64,000 nt of DNA from Lepidodermella squamata (GCA_047495785.1 JBLDXI010000003.1:620001-684000); one strand, 5' to 3'. Positions 39,735 through 54,828 are shown, counted from the first letter of the stretch. The notes: a model not told the origin generated them from the letters alone. Program-made: numbers and translations.

Positions 39735-40274
39735 CTATAAAAATTGAAAAAAAATTGTCTCCCCGTCAGCTGTTGGCGCTGGCCAATATCTCTAATGATA
39801 TTGGCCAGACTCTAGAATCGGCGGTAAATGCTGGTTCTCCTCCCACACTTGGCATTGCGAAGATCGCCCATCTGATCCTAGCGTGACAGGTACACGGGAG
39901 TGAAGTTTATTCCCTTTCGTCTCTTTCTATTCCTGTATAAAATTTGTTATTTTTCTTTACTTTTCTCGAAGACGAAGGAATAAAGATAACGTTATGTTAT
40001 GTTATGTTAATGATGAAAAATATGTCCTTGGAATCATCTCCATCCCTCAATTTATTCCTATTGGCATAGCCTGATATTACTTCAATTAGTTATATAATAT
40101 CGGACCCAAGTTAGGTTGAACCCCCAGGTTCTCTATCTCCGCTCGCACCGCCGCCTTTACTCCATGGCACAGATCAGGTCTCTGCTACAAGCGTTTCACT
40201 AGTAAAATTGCCGTCGAACTGTTGTCCTTATTTCGCCGTTATTCTCCACATGGCGGTATTACATCGAAAAGCAT

Positions 40275-40350
40275 AAACCCACACCTAATTCAGCATCTGC
40301 CCTTTAATGCATTTTATCACGGGCATTCGGATGAATTTTGGCTAATGGTC
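40275..40350 (+). mobile_element. CACTA/CMC-like transposase scrap
   Basis: PHLIQHLPFNAFYHGHSDEFWLM resembles H...HLP......GP....W.F; short match only. Confidence 0.45.
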
Positions 40351-43300
40351 AGGGCAATCGTAACATCCGCCCGCAAGTCGTTATATATTATTCAGCCGAA
40401 ACGTCATGGATTCTTAGTTAAAATGGATCAAATTGAAAATGAAAAGCTTCTCCGCTTAGTGGAAATAGGAGTAAGATTCCGAACATTCCGAAAACAGGCA
40501 GACGTCAATGCGTCCGAGGACGGAGGAGGTTGAAGAAGCAGTTTAAAAGTCTAAGCTGGATCAAAATTCGGCCAAATACTTGAACTCGTGCGTGTAGCCT
40601 CCATATATCACTGTTTAAATCTGTTACTCAACTTGCTGTTCGAACGACTACTAAAACATTAAATCACTATGAACTAGGTTGCTCTTGTTACGGTTTCAAG
40701 CAATAACCCAGTATTAAACCAATCAGTTGTCTATCACCTTTTGACACGCACTACAGATATAAATATAATTCTTCTGCAGTGGAACAGTAGTGGGAGTAGT
40801 GCGGAATCCGAGCGGCATTTCGCATCGGCTGGCAATTTATCGTACGGATTTTAATCAGCACTACATTAGAGGGCAACATGAGCTTTATAATGATGAGAAG
40901 GAAGGGAAAAATTCTCATTTTCGCAAGTCATCTCACGTTTTCTCAAGTCTTAGCAAAAATTTTCAATATGACCTGGAATATTCCGACCATGGCGTGGTGC
41001 CACCAAGTACTCAAAAACGATCCGGGGCTACAACAGTGCTAAAATGTATGTTCAGATCTAGCATTTAACATTTTACCAATCAGGGAAGATGTAGGAAAAC
41101 AGCCCCAACCCTCCCACTCAGTCCCCGTCGCAGTCATAAATTCTCTTCCGGTCCATTGCGACCTCCTGTCTAGACGCGAAAAGAACAGCGTTGAAAGACA
41201 ATCCCGAACCGATAGTTGCTTATTTGTATTTCCGTTTCAGGGAAGAATTTAGCAAGGACGCCGCGCACATTTCAGTTTATGAGAAATTCCAGGGTTCCGC
41301 CAAACGATCTTTCATGTTTACTGTAAGAGCAGCTTTTCAATTGTCATTTTTTGTTGCATAATTTCTAATTGGTCAGCAGTTCGTTAAAATGCGGGGCCAG
41401 AACCAGTACCTGAACCCCTTGAGCCGGAGCTGGCAGCACTACTCTCTGCACTACACTCCCGCTCTGGTTTATTCTAAATTTTTCCCGCATGATGGTTTTA
41501 TTTAGATTTTTCCGTACTCTTGATTTCTGGTTGGTAGCGGGGTGTTCCTGCGTAGGGCATTTTCGTTGTTCATTGCGTTGTCATCTCCAATTGTCCTATC
41601 CCTTTGTAACTGTCCTGCAATTATCTGTTTCCTTTCAAACTTAACTTTGTCGAGCTGCCCAAATATCGTTAACGACGCGCCAAAACAACCACTTAGATGA
41701 CTCATTCGATCGTACTTTTAGTCGCCTAACGTAATAATGAAGTACGTTAGGCCTTTTTAAGCGCCGATTTTTTCATCTATCGAACGTACTTTCCTCATAA
41801 AATCTATAAATAGTAAAGTGATTGTTTTGGCGCGTCGCTAACGATATGAACTGGCTAACTGACTAGCAACCTCACAGCCTCACAGTCGTTCTCGCTACAT
41901 TGTTGTCTCAGAAGTGCGTGAATATAGAAAACATGAATAGACCGCAAACTTCTCCAAATGACATTATTGTGAGAAGCACGATTTAGTAAGCGTTTTTAAG
42001 ATGCGGTCCATTCTACAGACTGCTTCCCATGGACATTCATCATAGCGACTAATTTCACGCTAAAAACAAAACTTTCCCCCAAAGTTTCAATGGGTGATTT
42101 GCTCCTTTCCCGGTGGTTCAAATTTCAAATTTCAAATTTCAAATTTCAAATTCACAAACCTGAATCACATTACTGACATTATCGGGAGAGGGACATCACC
42201 GAATTTGTTGTCACGGTCTTCGTTGCGCGAGCGCATCCGGCTCAGGCATTTCCTGTCGGCCGATTATAGCTGGGTTGTATAGATGGATCTCCCGAAACCA
42301 TAGTGCTATGACGCCTCATCTAAAATGACAAAAAGAATATATAGTAAATCAGCGGAAATAAAGCGGGCATCTATTTTGAATCTCGAAAAGAAGCACAAAA
42401 TAAAATTCGTTCTACTCATTAATCCATTGTCACCTGGCATTCCGGCTTTGCACATTCAGGGGCTACTGTGGTTAACATCCGCGAGGTTTGATTGGCAAAT
42501 GCGGCTTCTCTGCTGCTCTCTCATTATCAGCCGTTTGCCATTTCGCGAGTTAGCGACGCCCTGGTTATTTTCTGTATTGAAAATTATGGAATTTCCTAAT
42601 CCGGGCGGGAGCGAGATGTAAGAGGTTATTATTGATATTTGCCTCTTATTATTAATTCCACTTGTTTAAGTCAGATGGGGCGGCTTTTGCCGAGCTGATA
42701 GCGATTGGCCGGCAATACGTTCGTGATATTATCGTAAGGATTTGATATATGCTGCACGGCTTCATTCTATCAGAATTTAGTTTAGGATACATTCAGTGTC
42801 CATCTTTATTACGATATTTCATTGGATCTCTTCTTCGAGGCTGTCGAACTGGGCTACGTCATCCTAAACTTCGATGCTACTTCGGGTATTTGGAAAATTG
42901 ACATTTCAACCGGACAACGAATACGCCTGTGGCCGGCGTGGCAAAATATACGCCCGTTGAGTAAAATTACTAAGCAGGCACTATACTATAATTACCTCTG
43001 CTCTAAGAAACTGTCTCATCGTTAGCTATTTATCTTTACAAATGAGTAAATTCGGTCGCTGATCATTACCGTAAATTGATGGCTATTAAGCTGGAAAACG
43101 CCGTTAAAAATCGCTTCATGTTTCATGTTCTACGGCGCGGGACATTCATGGTGGCATTCATTGTGGCGAGCTAAGGACAATCGGCAACGCGGGCAGCTCG
43201 GCTCGAAGCGCGTGAAAAACGAAGTTGCATGCGACTTATATCCAAAATTATGACAGAACGCTTGATTGCTTTCCAAAAGAAATGGTTTCCAAAAATGTAT

Positions 43301-45729
43301 ACACACAGTTGCGCTTGGCATGCTGCAAACTGAAGCCGCAAACACGTTCAAGGCGCTAGCTCAAGCAAATATCGGTCTTCGAGAGGCCACCGTCGTCGAA
43401 AACGCAGTTCAAGCCGCTTCCGACGCGAACGCCGATCAGAACTTAATAGATCAGTTTGCGCAGCTACTAATAACGCGGTGATTGCTGCCCGAGCGACCTA
43501 CCTTGCCCTCGCCGCAACGGCCTAGGCCGACTTTAGCCGCACAATGCAACAAACAGCCAGTCTACTTGTCGAACACATCGACCTCGAGTACATCCATCAG
43601 CCGGCTGGCTGGCAACGATCCCGAGAGATCTGGCTGTAGCCATCATAAGGCACTTCGGAAGGAATTCAAATTTCCACCGAAATCCAATTACTCTAACGCT
43701 TTCATTCAGTGACCCTCAACCGCCTATTAACGACATTGTCGCTCCGCTGTTAGCAGAAAATGATCGACTTGCGATCGACCGTCAACCCGCTGCTCCACCT
43801 TGGCTGGGACTCTTGTCTCATAAATCGATGGCCGAAAGCGTAGCCACCTACATCTCGCCAGCATGGGCATGTCAACCCAAGTCATCCAGGTCGCGTGCAC
43901 TCTTCGCATGACATGTTTCCCTTCCATCCGGAAAAGACAAGTAACTGTTCTCTCCACCCTTCTTACCCACCTGGAAGAGCTGAAAAACACCTCGAAAAAA
44001 AAGAATATAGTCGACGAACGCGTGACAAATGTAGAGCAGATGTGCCACAAAATGATGAACGTTTTGAAGGAAATTCAAGAAAAAGCTGCCCCCAGCGAAT
44101 ACAATTACCCGGGAAAGGATGAGACTTTTGTAAGGAGTCTCTTGCTGGACTAGTCGGCTGGGTCGCCGAGCCAGACAATGACGCAGGACAGGCGTTTTGG
44201 CGATTATTACCACTTCTCCGCCCAAGAAATTTTTTATCACTAGTGTAGCACCGGATATTGCTATTGAATACCGCGTCGTTCCCCTTCGTTGTTCCGCATC
44301 ATTTGCCTCATATCGCTAGTCAATGGCTCCGATCTGTCGAAACTAGCATCCATTAATATCTCACCTGATCAAACGCCGTTACCTACATGCGGTGCCAATC
44401 AGCCTGAAAATGCGCGCTAGACACGCTGAGGAGCTTGACGAGAACATCCAATACCCTGTAATTGGATGCCAAGATCCTCAGCCGCGCCCTGTTAAAATCC
44501 CTCACCTAGTGATACCATCACTACGCTGGCAGGTTCTTGTCATTCTGAGGTTCAATTTTATAAAACTGCGAGAAAAAATGAACGAGAACGAAGAATATCG
44601 CCGATTAGCCGATAGCTAGGTGCATAATGCTGCCGTGAAGAGGCACGGGTTTAATCCCCAGAGCCACACAATGTCTGTTTTCTTCTACGGTTCTGGGACC
44701 GTAAAACAAGCTGCCATGAAGAGTCATGCGGCCAACTGGAGCCAGGGATTTAATCCTCGGTAGTCTAAAATGTTGGTGATTCCCGCCAAGCAGCATAGAT
44801 CAGCAATAATCGGTTCATATATAGATGACTCTTAGGCCTCATATATGGGATGACATGTGATCCATGGGCTAATTGTCCAAAAGCCAATTGCGCAATAGAG
44901 TATGAGTATGCGTATGATTGAACGCAGACGGAGTCAGTAATGTAAATTAAAAACCAACCTGAATCGACCACCTCAGATTTTCGGGCTAGTTAGCATAGAG
45001 CTAGAGCATCGAAGTCGTCGAGCTTGATTCGGCTGCAAGCGCCTGGTCATGTTCCTTTAGATGGCAGACGGTATTTTCGACCACAGCTAGTATGACTGCT
45101 CCTTGGCGACGACCGGTGATATAAGGAAACGGCGTATCATCTAAAATCAGAAAATGTGTATAAAGCAAATTACCGGATATAAAAGGGATTCTATTTTGAA
45201 ATTTGATTATATAAAAATTAGTCCTCGAAAATGAAATTTCTCCAGAATGAAATTCGCGATGGACATCAATTAGGCGTCCACAATCACCTGACCTTCCAGC
45301 ACTGGTTATTCGGAAAATTCAGATAGCTTTAAAAGAGCGAACTACTTAAACGCAAAACTTCATGTTTTTGCGTTTTGCAACTTCTAAATTTTCAAAATGT
45401 TGTTGATAAAATTTGCTTTGGCCTAAGAGCGACCGGATGAAAAAAGCATATTTCCGAATTTCAGCGGACTGAATTGACCTTTCCGATTTAAATTTTATTT
45501 AAAGCTGGATTTAGAGTTTAATTTATACTATACAACAGAACCAAAATTTTCGAGGTCCTGGTTTCATTTTGCCGTTCTTTGCTTTTGTTACGCTTTTATA
45601 AAAGCGCAAGGGTCTGAATGTGGTTGAAGTGACCGAGAACCTGGTTAGCAGGAATCAGACCTTCTCAGCTGTGGTTGTACTTGAACCGCTATTTAACTTT
45701 TCTTTCCCATGTAGGTGCGTCCCGTCCAG

Positions 45730-45920
45730 TTAAAGCGCAGTGATAGTTTCCATACCGAGACCAAGCAGAGATCTGAGCACGCTTAACGGCTATAGACCGG
45801 TGTCACTGTTACCCACAATTCAAAACTGATAGAGTTGTGCTTGGCGATCAAGCTATGCAATCCATTCGAAGATAAGCTACTCCTGTCGTTTGGCTAAAAT
45901 GGTTTCCGAAGACTTCGATC
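45730..45920 (+). mobile_element. LINE reverse transcriptase N-terminal fragment
   Basis: AVIVSIPRPSRDLSTLNGYRPVSLLPT (YRPISL motif). Confidence 0.8.
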
Positions 45921-48900
45921 TACCAAGCATCACACGTCCATAGCAAGGCTGAAAAGGGAAGTCCTTTTAGTAGAGCTGTTGGCTGTTGGACTTCGAAGGC
46001 GCAGAGCCTATCAGTAATCTGATGTGAAAGACAAACGCGAAGAAGCCTTTTTTTATTCAGGTAGACCAACATCATGAGAGACCAGTTCGTATTCCGACCA
46101 ATGATGAAGATGGGCCATTTTACGCACATGGACGACGAGAGCCACTTTAGCCTTTGCTTTAGCCACGAGTCACCCGCGCCGACGATCGTCCGGCTCTCGA
46201 GAAAGAGCGTGGAGGAATTTCTAGTCTATGGATGTAGCTCTTTTAACCAGCTTTCCTGCAGACATTCACAAAACCCAAGTCAATGGCGGTCAGGAAATGA
46301 CGAATGACAAGTACTGGGATTGTCTAGCGTCGGTTAACGAGTTGGGACGCGACTTGAAAGCCCAAGATTCGCGTTTTCATTCATCGGATTGTTCCCCAAA
46401 CAATGTCTGAGACTTTAATTCACCGTCCAAAATCTATTGCCGATCAGGGGACTTGCGCAGGCTTTCGCGACATCGCTGAGTGATATCAGCTCTGATATCA
46501 AGACATTTTCTGAAGCTCGAGGATCATCCATCAATTAGCAAATTTTCGTCGTTGAAGTCGCGAGGCGATGAGGAATACCTCCACGTTGAGTCAGCACACT
46601 TTTGGTTACCTGTCTTTTTTAACATTTTGCTTGTTATAGGATGTTCCGCTGATGAAGAATGCACAGCTTACATATTGTTCCAGACGTATAAAGTCGCCAC
46701 GGGCCATGGCGCTATTGTCATTCAGTCAAATTTAGTTAACTGCCGCGATTCGGACGTGGACTATCTGCCGAAAGGTAGAGTTTGTCCAAAACTACGACAT
46801 TATTTGAAATACCTCGAACAGTGTGGTATTAGTGCCTTGATGATGATGACCAATTAAAGATGGGCGGAAGGTCATAATCATTTTGATGAAAAACATCGGC
46901 GCTACTACCCTCTGAAGGACGACAATACTACATTCGACGAGAAGTTCGTGCTAAAATGCTTAGGTATGGATTATTTGAAATATGGCTTCCCGAGTATTTT
47001 ATAATTTCGTAGGTTATCAGTTGCAATCGCAGTTATCATTTGCAAGTAAAAGAGCAAGTTAATAAGTAAGGCGTTTCCGTGCCTCTGTTGTTCGGTTTGT
47101 TTGCTAAAAACGACAAAGATAGCGTGTTCTTGCTGAAACCTCTTGCTGATTAAGGGTTTATTCCAAAGCAAATTTTTCCTCTAATTAAATTGTTATCCCT
47201 TGACGATGGTTCCCTTTTTAGTGCTGTCATGATTGACAAAGATATCAATCAAGCACTCCTTCTCTTGCGCGGATAAAAAATTACCTGATCAAGCAATATA
47301 CTGGAACAGTCAAATTGGCGGAATAAAACGTTTACGGCCTCGATACCCGCACGAACAAGTCCTAACACATCAACGTGTGGTGGTTGATCTAGTTGTTGCG
47401 GGAGGAAGAGTAGGGGACGGCGGCCAGGTGGAGAAATTCTGTCTGTACTAGGGGGCAATGAATGTAGTTTTACGAAATCTACTCCTCGAACAATGCTTGT
47501 AAGTTGAGCTAGGCAAACCCAAATCCGGTCCACGAATGTGATTACGGAGAAAAAACTTCCGTACGATTTGCAACAGTTTCGTACGTTTACCGGTGGTCCA
47601 ATAAAATGGTTAATTCACAAACCTGAATCCCGTCACTGAAATAATCGAGCGTCGAAGACGTGAATTCGCCTCGCCGAAGGTTGGTGCAGTCGTCGTTAAG
47701 CCTACGCGTCCGTCTTAGGGATTCCATTCAGCCGTATAGAGCTACGTTATACGGTTCTCCAGATGTCACAGCGTCTCGACTAAAATGAGGAAATTAACAG
47801 AAATGAATTTTCGAATATTTAGCAATCGATCAATCCCCTTAAGGAAATATTTCAAAATTGAATTCACTGTCGCTGGCTCGACTCGGTCGGGATGACAACG
47901 GTTGAGGGGACTGGGAAAAGGCAAGTTGGCTAGCCACTATCGGTCAAGATAAGCAACGCATCACGGTCATGTTGGCGGCATGACAAGTTGAAAACATGTA
48001 TTTTGATACCGCCCCTGAAGGAAATCCAAGCTCTCCGCCGATTTTACAAATGCGCCCGCTTCATCGGCCGCGATCGCGAAATTCGCAAAATTCGACCCCA
48101 TTCCTCACTGCCGAGCATGGCTTGCATCGGGGCGAAACAGCGCTCGATCTCAAAAGCGGCTGAACCTCGGCGCACAGATTATTGAAACTACCAAAGACAA
48201 GGCAAAAGATTTAATCTCTGGGAAACGGAATAAGTTTTTGTTGTTGAACTAGGAGCTAAGTGCTATTGAAAATAAAATTTTTACAATGACATTGACATTG
48301 TGAGTGTACCCCCTAGATCACGGAGGAAGTTGTAACACTGGCGTTTCTTATGCTGAAAGTTACTACCGAGAATTGGGAGAGTCTCTCGGAAAATGTCTGT
48401 TGTTAATAAGGTGCGATTCCGTCTTCGGCAAGTCTACGTTAATTCGGCATGCCAAGCCAAGTTCTACGAAGGTCAGTGCAAACCCGTTACAGCCTGCGAA
48501 ACAGATCTGAACCATCTCCTGTAGATTGCGTTCCAAGCTGAGACATATTTGTATATTTTGCCGCAAAGAACGAAGACTCGTGCTCGTGCTCAAAAAATCA
48601 TACACCCAGCAATTGTCCGCAGATAGAAACTAGGCAAATGGAATCTTGGGTAAGCTTCAGTTTCAACACCAAAAATTGGCGCTAACGCTTTATTCAGCAT
48701 GTTTCCGGGTTATAATGGGGCTAAAAAAGGGGAAGGTCAAGTGTTCCACGATGGAACCGAATGTTATCAATAGCTTTCGTCAACTTGGTCAAGACCAGAA
48801 GGATGGCAAGCGCACGACCAACATTGTACACTCTGTCTGATATTGAGCGCATTTTCGCAGAACAAGCTCAAGTACATCCAAGCTATTAGACAGGTGTATG

Positions 48901-49199
48901 ATTCGGAGTCTGAACTAGAAACTGTTGATGAACTTGCCATCTGAATTTCGATTTGAAAATAACGCGCGTGCCTTGGTCCAAATGTGCCTGTTATTTGAAA
49001 TACTTGCTTGATTACTACTCTATACACCGATTGCTCAAATACTATTGCTAAATAATGATGTCATACTCAAGTTTCAAGCAATTTAAATGAAAAAACTTGA
49101 TTTTGCGATAATATAGCGACTGAAGCCTGAAAAATCAAGCGGCCGGTGTAACCTAAACTAAATTTAATATTTAGTAAAGATGAAAACAGCCACACGGTG

Positions 49200-49570
49200 A
49201 TGGTAACGAACGATCTTCAGAAAGCTGAACTACTCGCACAGCACTTCGAGTCTAAAAGGGACACACTCAACCTACTGGCGAACGGACAGAAGACGGCCGG
49301 CCGAACAACATCATCTCCACCATAGCCATCACCAGGAAAGAAATGATAGCCAAGCTGAAAACGCGAAAGCTTGGAAAATCCCCAGGCCCGAGCGGCATAG
49401 CTCCAACGCCCTTGCGGAAACTAGCCGATTTGATCGCAGACCCGCTGTTAGTCCTCTGGGAAAAATTAAGCGAGAAGGTACCTGGCCTCAAATCTCCAAA
49501 ACTGTGAATATTTGCCCAATCCGCAAAAAGAAGGCAACATCAGATAAGTCCACTTACAGACCGGTAGAAT
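49200..49570 (+). mobile_element. LINE ORF2 fragment (pre-RT linker)
   Basis: DLQKAELLAQHF...LGKSPGPSGIAPTPLRKLADLIADPL...PIRKK...STYRPV, frameshifted. Confidence 0.85.
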
Positions 49571-50779
49571 AGGGGAAATTCTCGGCAATTTGGAGCGGAG
49601 GCAGTTCTAAAAACAGCTAAAAACATTTCCTTTTCCCCTCTCAGGAGACTGCACTGCCGAAACTGCCTAGTTTAAGGTCTTTTTTAGTAGTTTGTAGCAT
49701 TGAATGTACCTCTTGTACCCATCCTCCCGGTGGATGAACCTTTTGCCATCGTCGATAAATAGGGTCAGCACCATCGAACTGCTCAGCTCGGAAGACTTTC
49801 AAAGGACAGCTTTCAAAACAACTGGTTGCGTTCGCGGTCTGCGCGTCGACGCTGCTGCCCCGTCGTTTGCTGAAAGAACAATCTAAAATGAGAAAAATTT
49901 AAATTAAGTAAATCATCATGAATGGAAAAGGGATAAATGTTGATTTTCAAATAGAAAAATGAGAAATGAGTCCTCGGCAAAGCTAGACGTTTTTAAGCGA
50001 CCCCGTGCAACCAACATAAGCCCAGTTTCCTCCAACCAACATACTACTATGGATCCGAACGTTCTGGATTTTTTACGATATATTTAGGCATAGGTAATGG
50101 TTTTATTTACATTTTCCCGTACTCTCGATTTCTGGTTGATAGTGACGCGTTCGAGCGGAGGGCATTTTAGTTGTTTCCTCTTGTTGCTTTCGTTGGCGAT
50201 ATTTTTCCTCTGAATGCGCCAACGTCGCCTGACAGATGTGGAATCAGCTTGAACGATACCACCTTTTCCATGGCAACCGTCCCGCCAGCTGCACTGGATG
50301 ATGTTGCTCATCCATGCCCATAAAAATATGTGCTTGCTCAAATCATCGCTCTTATTTTGCTACAACCAACTTTATCTTCCAGTATTTGATTCTATTCATT
50401 GACACACGCGGCGAACATGTGCGATATTTTGAAAGACGACGATCCAACCAGTCAATATTCAACTGGAGATTCCGAATTCGACAGTGACAAATCGATGAGA
50501 CGAAAGACAAAAGCTAAGCGCAAGGCTGAATCGGATACCTTACAACGCCGTTGTGAATGGCGCAACAATGTCAACAGTCATCCCACGCTAAGCTGCGACT
50601 TTGTTCCCAACAGACTGAGAAAGTGTTCTCAGGGTTTTCAAGAAATAATAGGTAGTTATAAATATAATTAGCTAAACACGCGCTTTAGCTAAACAACTAC
50701 CTATTATTTCTATTACCTATTTTTCCATTTCCTGTGTTCATCGCCATTCTGTGCTTTTGCTTGCTTCCTCTACGTCCGT

Positions 50780-50910
50780 TAAACCTGTTATTGCTGATCC
50801 GACACCTGAGGCGGTCAAGAAGCGTGTCGAGGAGTTCTCCGAAGCGAAAAATCTGGGCTTCTGCTTTCGCTGCCTACAAAAAAGCGGTCGATCGTCGGAA
50901 GATGCGTGTC
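50780..50910 (+). mobile_element. BEL/Pao-like gag Cys-motif scrap
   Basis: KKRVEEFSEAKNLGFCFRCLQKSGRSSEDAC (CF.CL motif). Confidence 0.45.
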
Positions 50911-52848
50911 GCCCTTATACATCACTGTTTGAATCTTTTACTAACTTTCAATTCAAACCTCTACTAAAACATTCTATCACTATGAACTGAGTTGTTTCAT
51001 GTTACGTTGTCAAGCAATAAACCAGTATTGAGCCAATCAGTTGTCTTTTACTTTTTCGACACGTACTACAAATAGTTAAGCATATATAATTCTTCCGCAG
51101 TGAAACAGAGACCGTTTTCCAATAACTTCACGGCTGATTTGAAATGCGTTATTCAGGCGATTGTTGCGGGTTCCGAGCAGCATTTCTCATCGGCTAGCCA
51201 TGTATTTTCCGCTGATCACAGCAGCTAATCGGCGGTTCCGTTGACGCTTGCATCGTTCTCAGGGAGGGGTTTGTGAAGAGTTTCATGAGAAGAGGACATT
51301 TTGACCGATAAAGATTGCTAAGGATTTTGTACTTGGGAAGCCGGTCGGGATGGGTCGCGATTTTTCGACCTGTTCCCACCTCTGAGGTGCTGCATTAGTG
51401 CGCTTATCGCTAATGGATATTCTTGGCAACTTCATGCAGCGCAGAATGACGCAAACGCACACATCAAATGGAACCGTATGATGGAAGATTTACGCCCGTG
51501 GACCAAAGCATAGTAAATGACTTTTTACATCACGGCGAGCCGGTGGCATCGGGTGTCTACAAACAGTTTATGGCGCCAATGTGAGATTTCAAATGCACTA
51601 CCTATTTTGTTTGAAAAGAGAAGGGCGTAGAAAAGATAGTTCAACTGCTTTCCGCTAACTTGCCAGCAACCAGCAACATCTTAAATCCAGGGGGTAGCTG
51701 TGTGATATGTTTCGAGGCGCTTTAGCGCATTGCGCTACATGACTCGCTATTCAGACTAACATGCGCATTCATATAGCGCATCAATACACACCGCCGTTGT
51801 TATCATCAGCTCGGCCAGTGTTATAGGATGACAATACTCGAAATTTGTCGAGCAGCTGTACTCAAGGTTGGTCACAAAGTGCCTCGAAATTCAATCATGC
51901 CCCTCAGCACCAGGTCTCGACTCTAAACACAAGCTTCTTCGCTCCCTGATGGACGAGACACGAGACTGTAGAGTGAGCTATGTGACAGTTGCTCATGGCG
52001 ATAATGCTTCTTTGACTGTACCGACAAACGGCGAAACGGACGACGGGCCTACGCCATAAAAAATCCGAGAGATGAATCTTCCCCCCACTGATTTAGTATC
52101 TGATTCAGAATCCGGATCACTCAACTCCTTGGCTCAAAACGCACCTCAAGGCGCCAGGAAGAAAAATCGGAAGAGTAATGGCGCTAGTAAAACGGACGAA
52201 GAGATGGCCAAAGTGGCAGTTTTCGGCTGATAATGCCAACTCCTTTGATTGTCTGATGTGTGACTTTAATGAATTGTTCTGCATGCTAACCGCCTGTCAT
52301 CGGAATAGCATCGGCAGCTCCGGGATCGAAGATCGCACACTGTCAGCATGCCTACTTATTTTCTAATATTTATGTTATGCATCTGAAATTTTTGCTACGT
52401 ATCAAAAGACTGCTATTATGCGCAATAAATGAATGCATGAGTATCATTTAAAATGTTAGGCTTGGGAAATAATTGAAATTATCGATTGAAAACAACTGAA
52501 AAATGCATTTAAATAATTGAAAAAACTCCCGGAAACTATCGTTTCTTGAGCACGAACCCAGGCTCATTCAAAACCTCCAGGCCAATGTTCTAGACCTTTG
52601 ACGATTTGATAACATCCGGTAAGGTTCGATAACTAGTTGTATTAAAAAATAACCTGAATCACACCACAGATCTCCGAGCTAAAGCTGGAGGCAACATCGA
52701 AGTCTTCGAGCTGGAACCGTTAGGTGGGCGCGTCCCCTTTCAACCTTGTTAGCCTTGGCAGAGGCCACCTGCGACCAAAACCGGTTTGCTCATCGTCGCG
52801 TCGTTCCCAGAGAACATTGGAATATGACGATTACGACTCATCTCAAAA

Positions 52849-53245
52849 AATGAAGGAGCTGGCGGCTTCAATGAAACATGCCCATTTTTCTCTATTCTAC
52901 ACTTTTACGGCTAACGAAAGTGGATCCCCTGGGCTAAGACCATTTGTTAACCGACTCAAAATAGCCGGCCAATTACGAGTACCCCCGATCCTCCGCCGCC
53001 ACTTTACTATACTTTGAACCAGCGCCAAGTAAACGCACTCACTCTGGATCCTGTTCTGTATCCGAAAATTTACGAGGCCAATTTTTACATTATAAATATG
53101 GTCTGGCAGCGAACGGTCCACCATGTCGTCAGATTTGTTGAGAAAAGCCCTTCTGAGATATTAGGAAAGGTCTATACTCACTTCGCGAGAATTGAGTTCC
53201 AAAGTCAGGGGAGTCTTGGAAATAAGGCACATTGCCACGGTGGCG
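52849..53245 (+). mobile_element. Helitron Rep (HUH) domain fragment
   Basis: SLFYTFTAN (motif 1) ... DPVL ... FARIEFQSQGSLGNKAHCH (EFQ.RG..H.H motif 2). Confidence 0.75.
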
Positions 53246-54327
53246 TGTCAATCTCTCACAATGAAGGCGTTAACAACATATATTTTTGAAATCGGGGGAT
53301 CGAAATCCGAGGCATGCCAGTATTCTTTATTCGGAAAATCCAGAGATTCCATCATCAAAAGAGTGAACTAGCGAAAAGAAAAGTTCATGCTATTTCGTTT
53401 TGACACTTTGGTATATTGGGCATACAATGATGCAAATTTTGCCATCGCCTGAACTCGGTGACTAGTCAACCGAAGACGATCGGCCAGAACTGCAGCGGGA
53501 CTAACTACTAACTCGTTTATTATCAATCATCAAGAATACAGAGTACATGGGAAAATGAAACCCGAAAACAATGGTCTCCGAATTTTCCGACTTAAAGGAC
53601 GCGGTTATGGCTATTGGCCGTAGGAAGAAGTGTGAAAAGTCTAGGCAAGAAGCGAATCCCCTAGTGGGAGCAAAAACGCTACAAAGAAGTGTGAGAAGTC
53701 AATCGCCATCAATTTTAAAAGCCGAAACAAAAGATGACGCAAGACTGACTGTGCAGACTCAGCTGACGATTTTCCATTCATTTAAATTCGAGATTTATTG
53801 TGTTTCTTGTTGTTGATGCTTTCAATCAATCAGATCGTCAATTTCTGGAGCTGCCTGCCTGCGAGGCAATTGCCGCACAAAAAGTTGTACCAGGTGACAT
53901 CTGCCTTGGATTTAGCAAATTCATCATTGAAAGTATCCTTAATACGGTTCACCAGCCTGGTATTGTCTCACCAAGTCGTCCGAGCTACATCTGTTCGGCT
54001 TCCAGGCCCATGGCTTGAAAGCCTTCGGTCCTCGGATGCTGAAGAAGAACTTCCCAGCATGGCACTCACGAGACTGCATTAGTGCCCCGGCTAAGCCCTG
54101 CCGCTACATCCCTGATTTTTCCCTAAAAACTAACATATGAGCTTGAGGCTTTCTGTATTCCTTTAAGTGTCCTTGCGATCCTCGCCCTCCTGAGCCCCTC
54201 CCCAGTCACCCAGTAAGCCGATCGTATATTAATTGAGACCTTCCTCTGTCCTGGAAGTCCTCTGTGTATGAGTATGCACAATTCAATGAAATTTAATCCT
54301 TACTCAGATTCGATTACGTCAATCAAA

Positions 54328-54828
54328 CACCTTCACTGCCAAAACTAGATTGCGAGATCCGATATTTGGGTCCAAATCCTGGGTCTATAAACAAGTCTTT
54401 TTTCGGGTCAACGATGCGTCATAGAGGAGAATGCCTGACAGCAAAACGTAGGCAATGAACCGGCGGTTCTTTTGACACCTAATTCTGGGCGACAAGGTCT
54501 GAGCAGGTCATTGAAAATGACAGTGAAATAACGTCGAAATGTTTGATTACAGCAAAAAATCAGACCCAAGAATTTGACCTAATTATTAGACCCAGATTAT
54601 GGCGCAACATACGAAATTTCACCGTTTATAAAAGTTGCTTTCTGTGCGTTCCTTGAAGTCTTTTGCCCAAAATTTCGTCTCAAAAGAACCGCCGGCTCAT
54701 GGCCTACGTTTTGCTGTCAGGCATTCTCCTCTATGGCGCATCGTTGACCCGAAAAAAGGACTATTTGATAGACCCAGGATTTGGACACAAATATTGGATC
54801 TCGCAGTTTATTCTTGCCAGTTAAAGTG
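54328..54828. mobile_element. MITE with inverted arms of about 160 bp, possibly piggyBac-type
   Basis: 54352-54490 is the near reverse complement of 54665-54804. Ends are cac...gtg, followed by TTAA on the right; the left site is degenerate. Confidence 0.8.
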
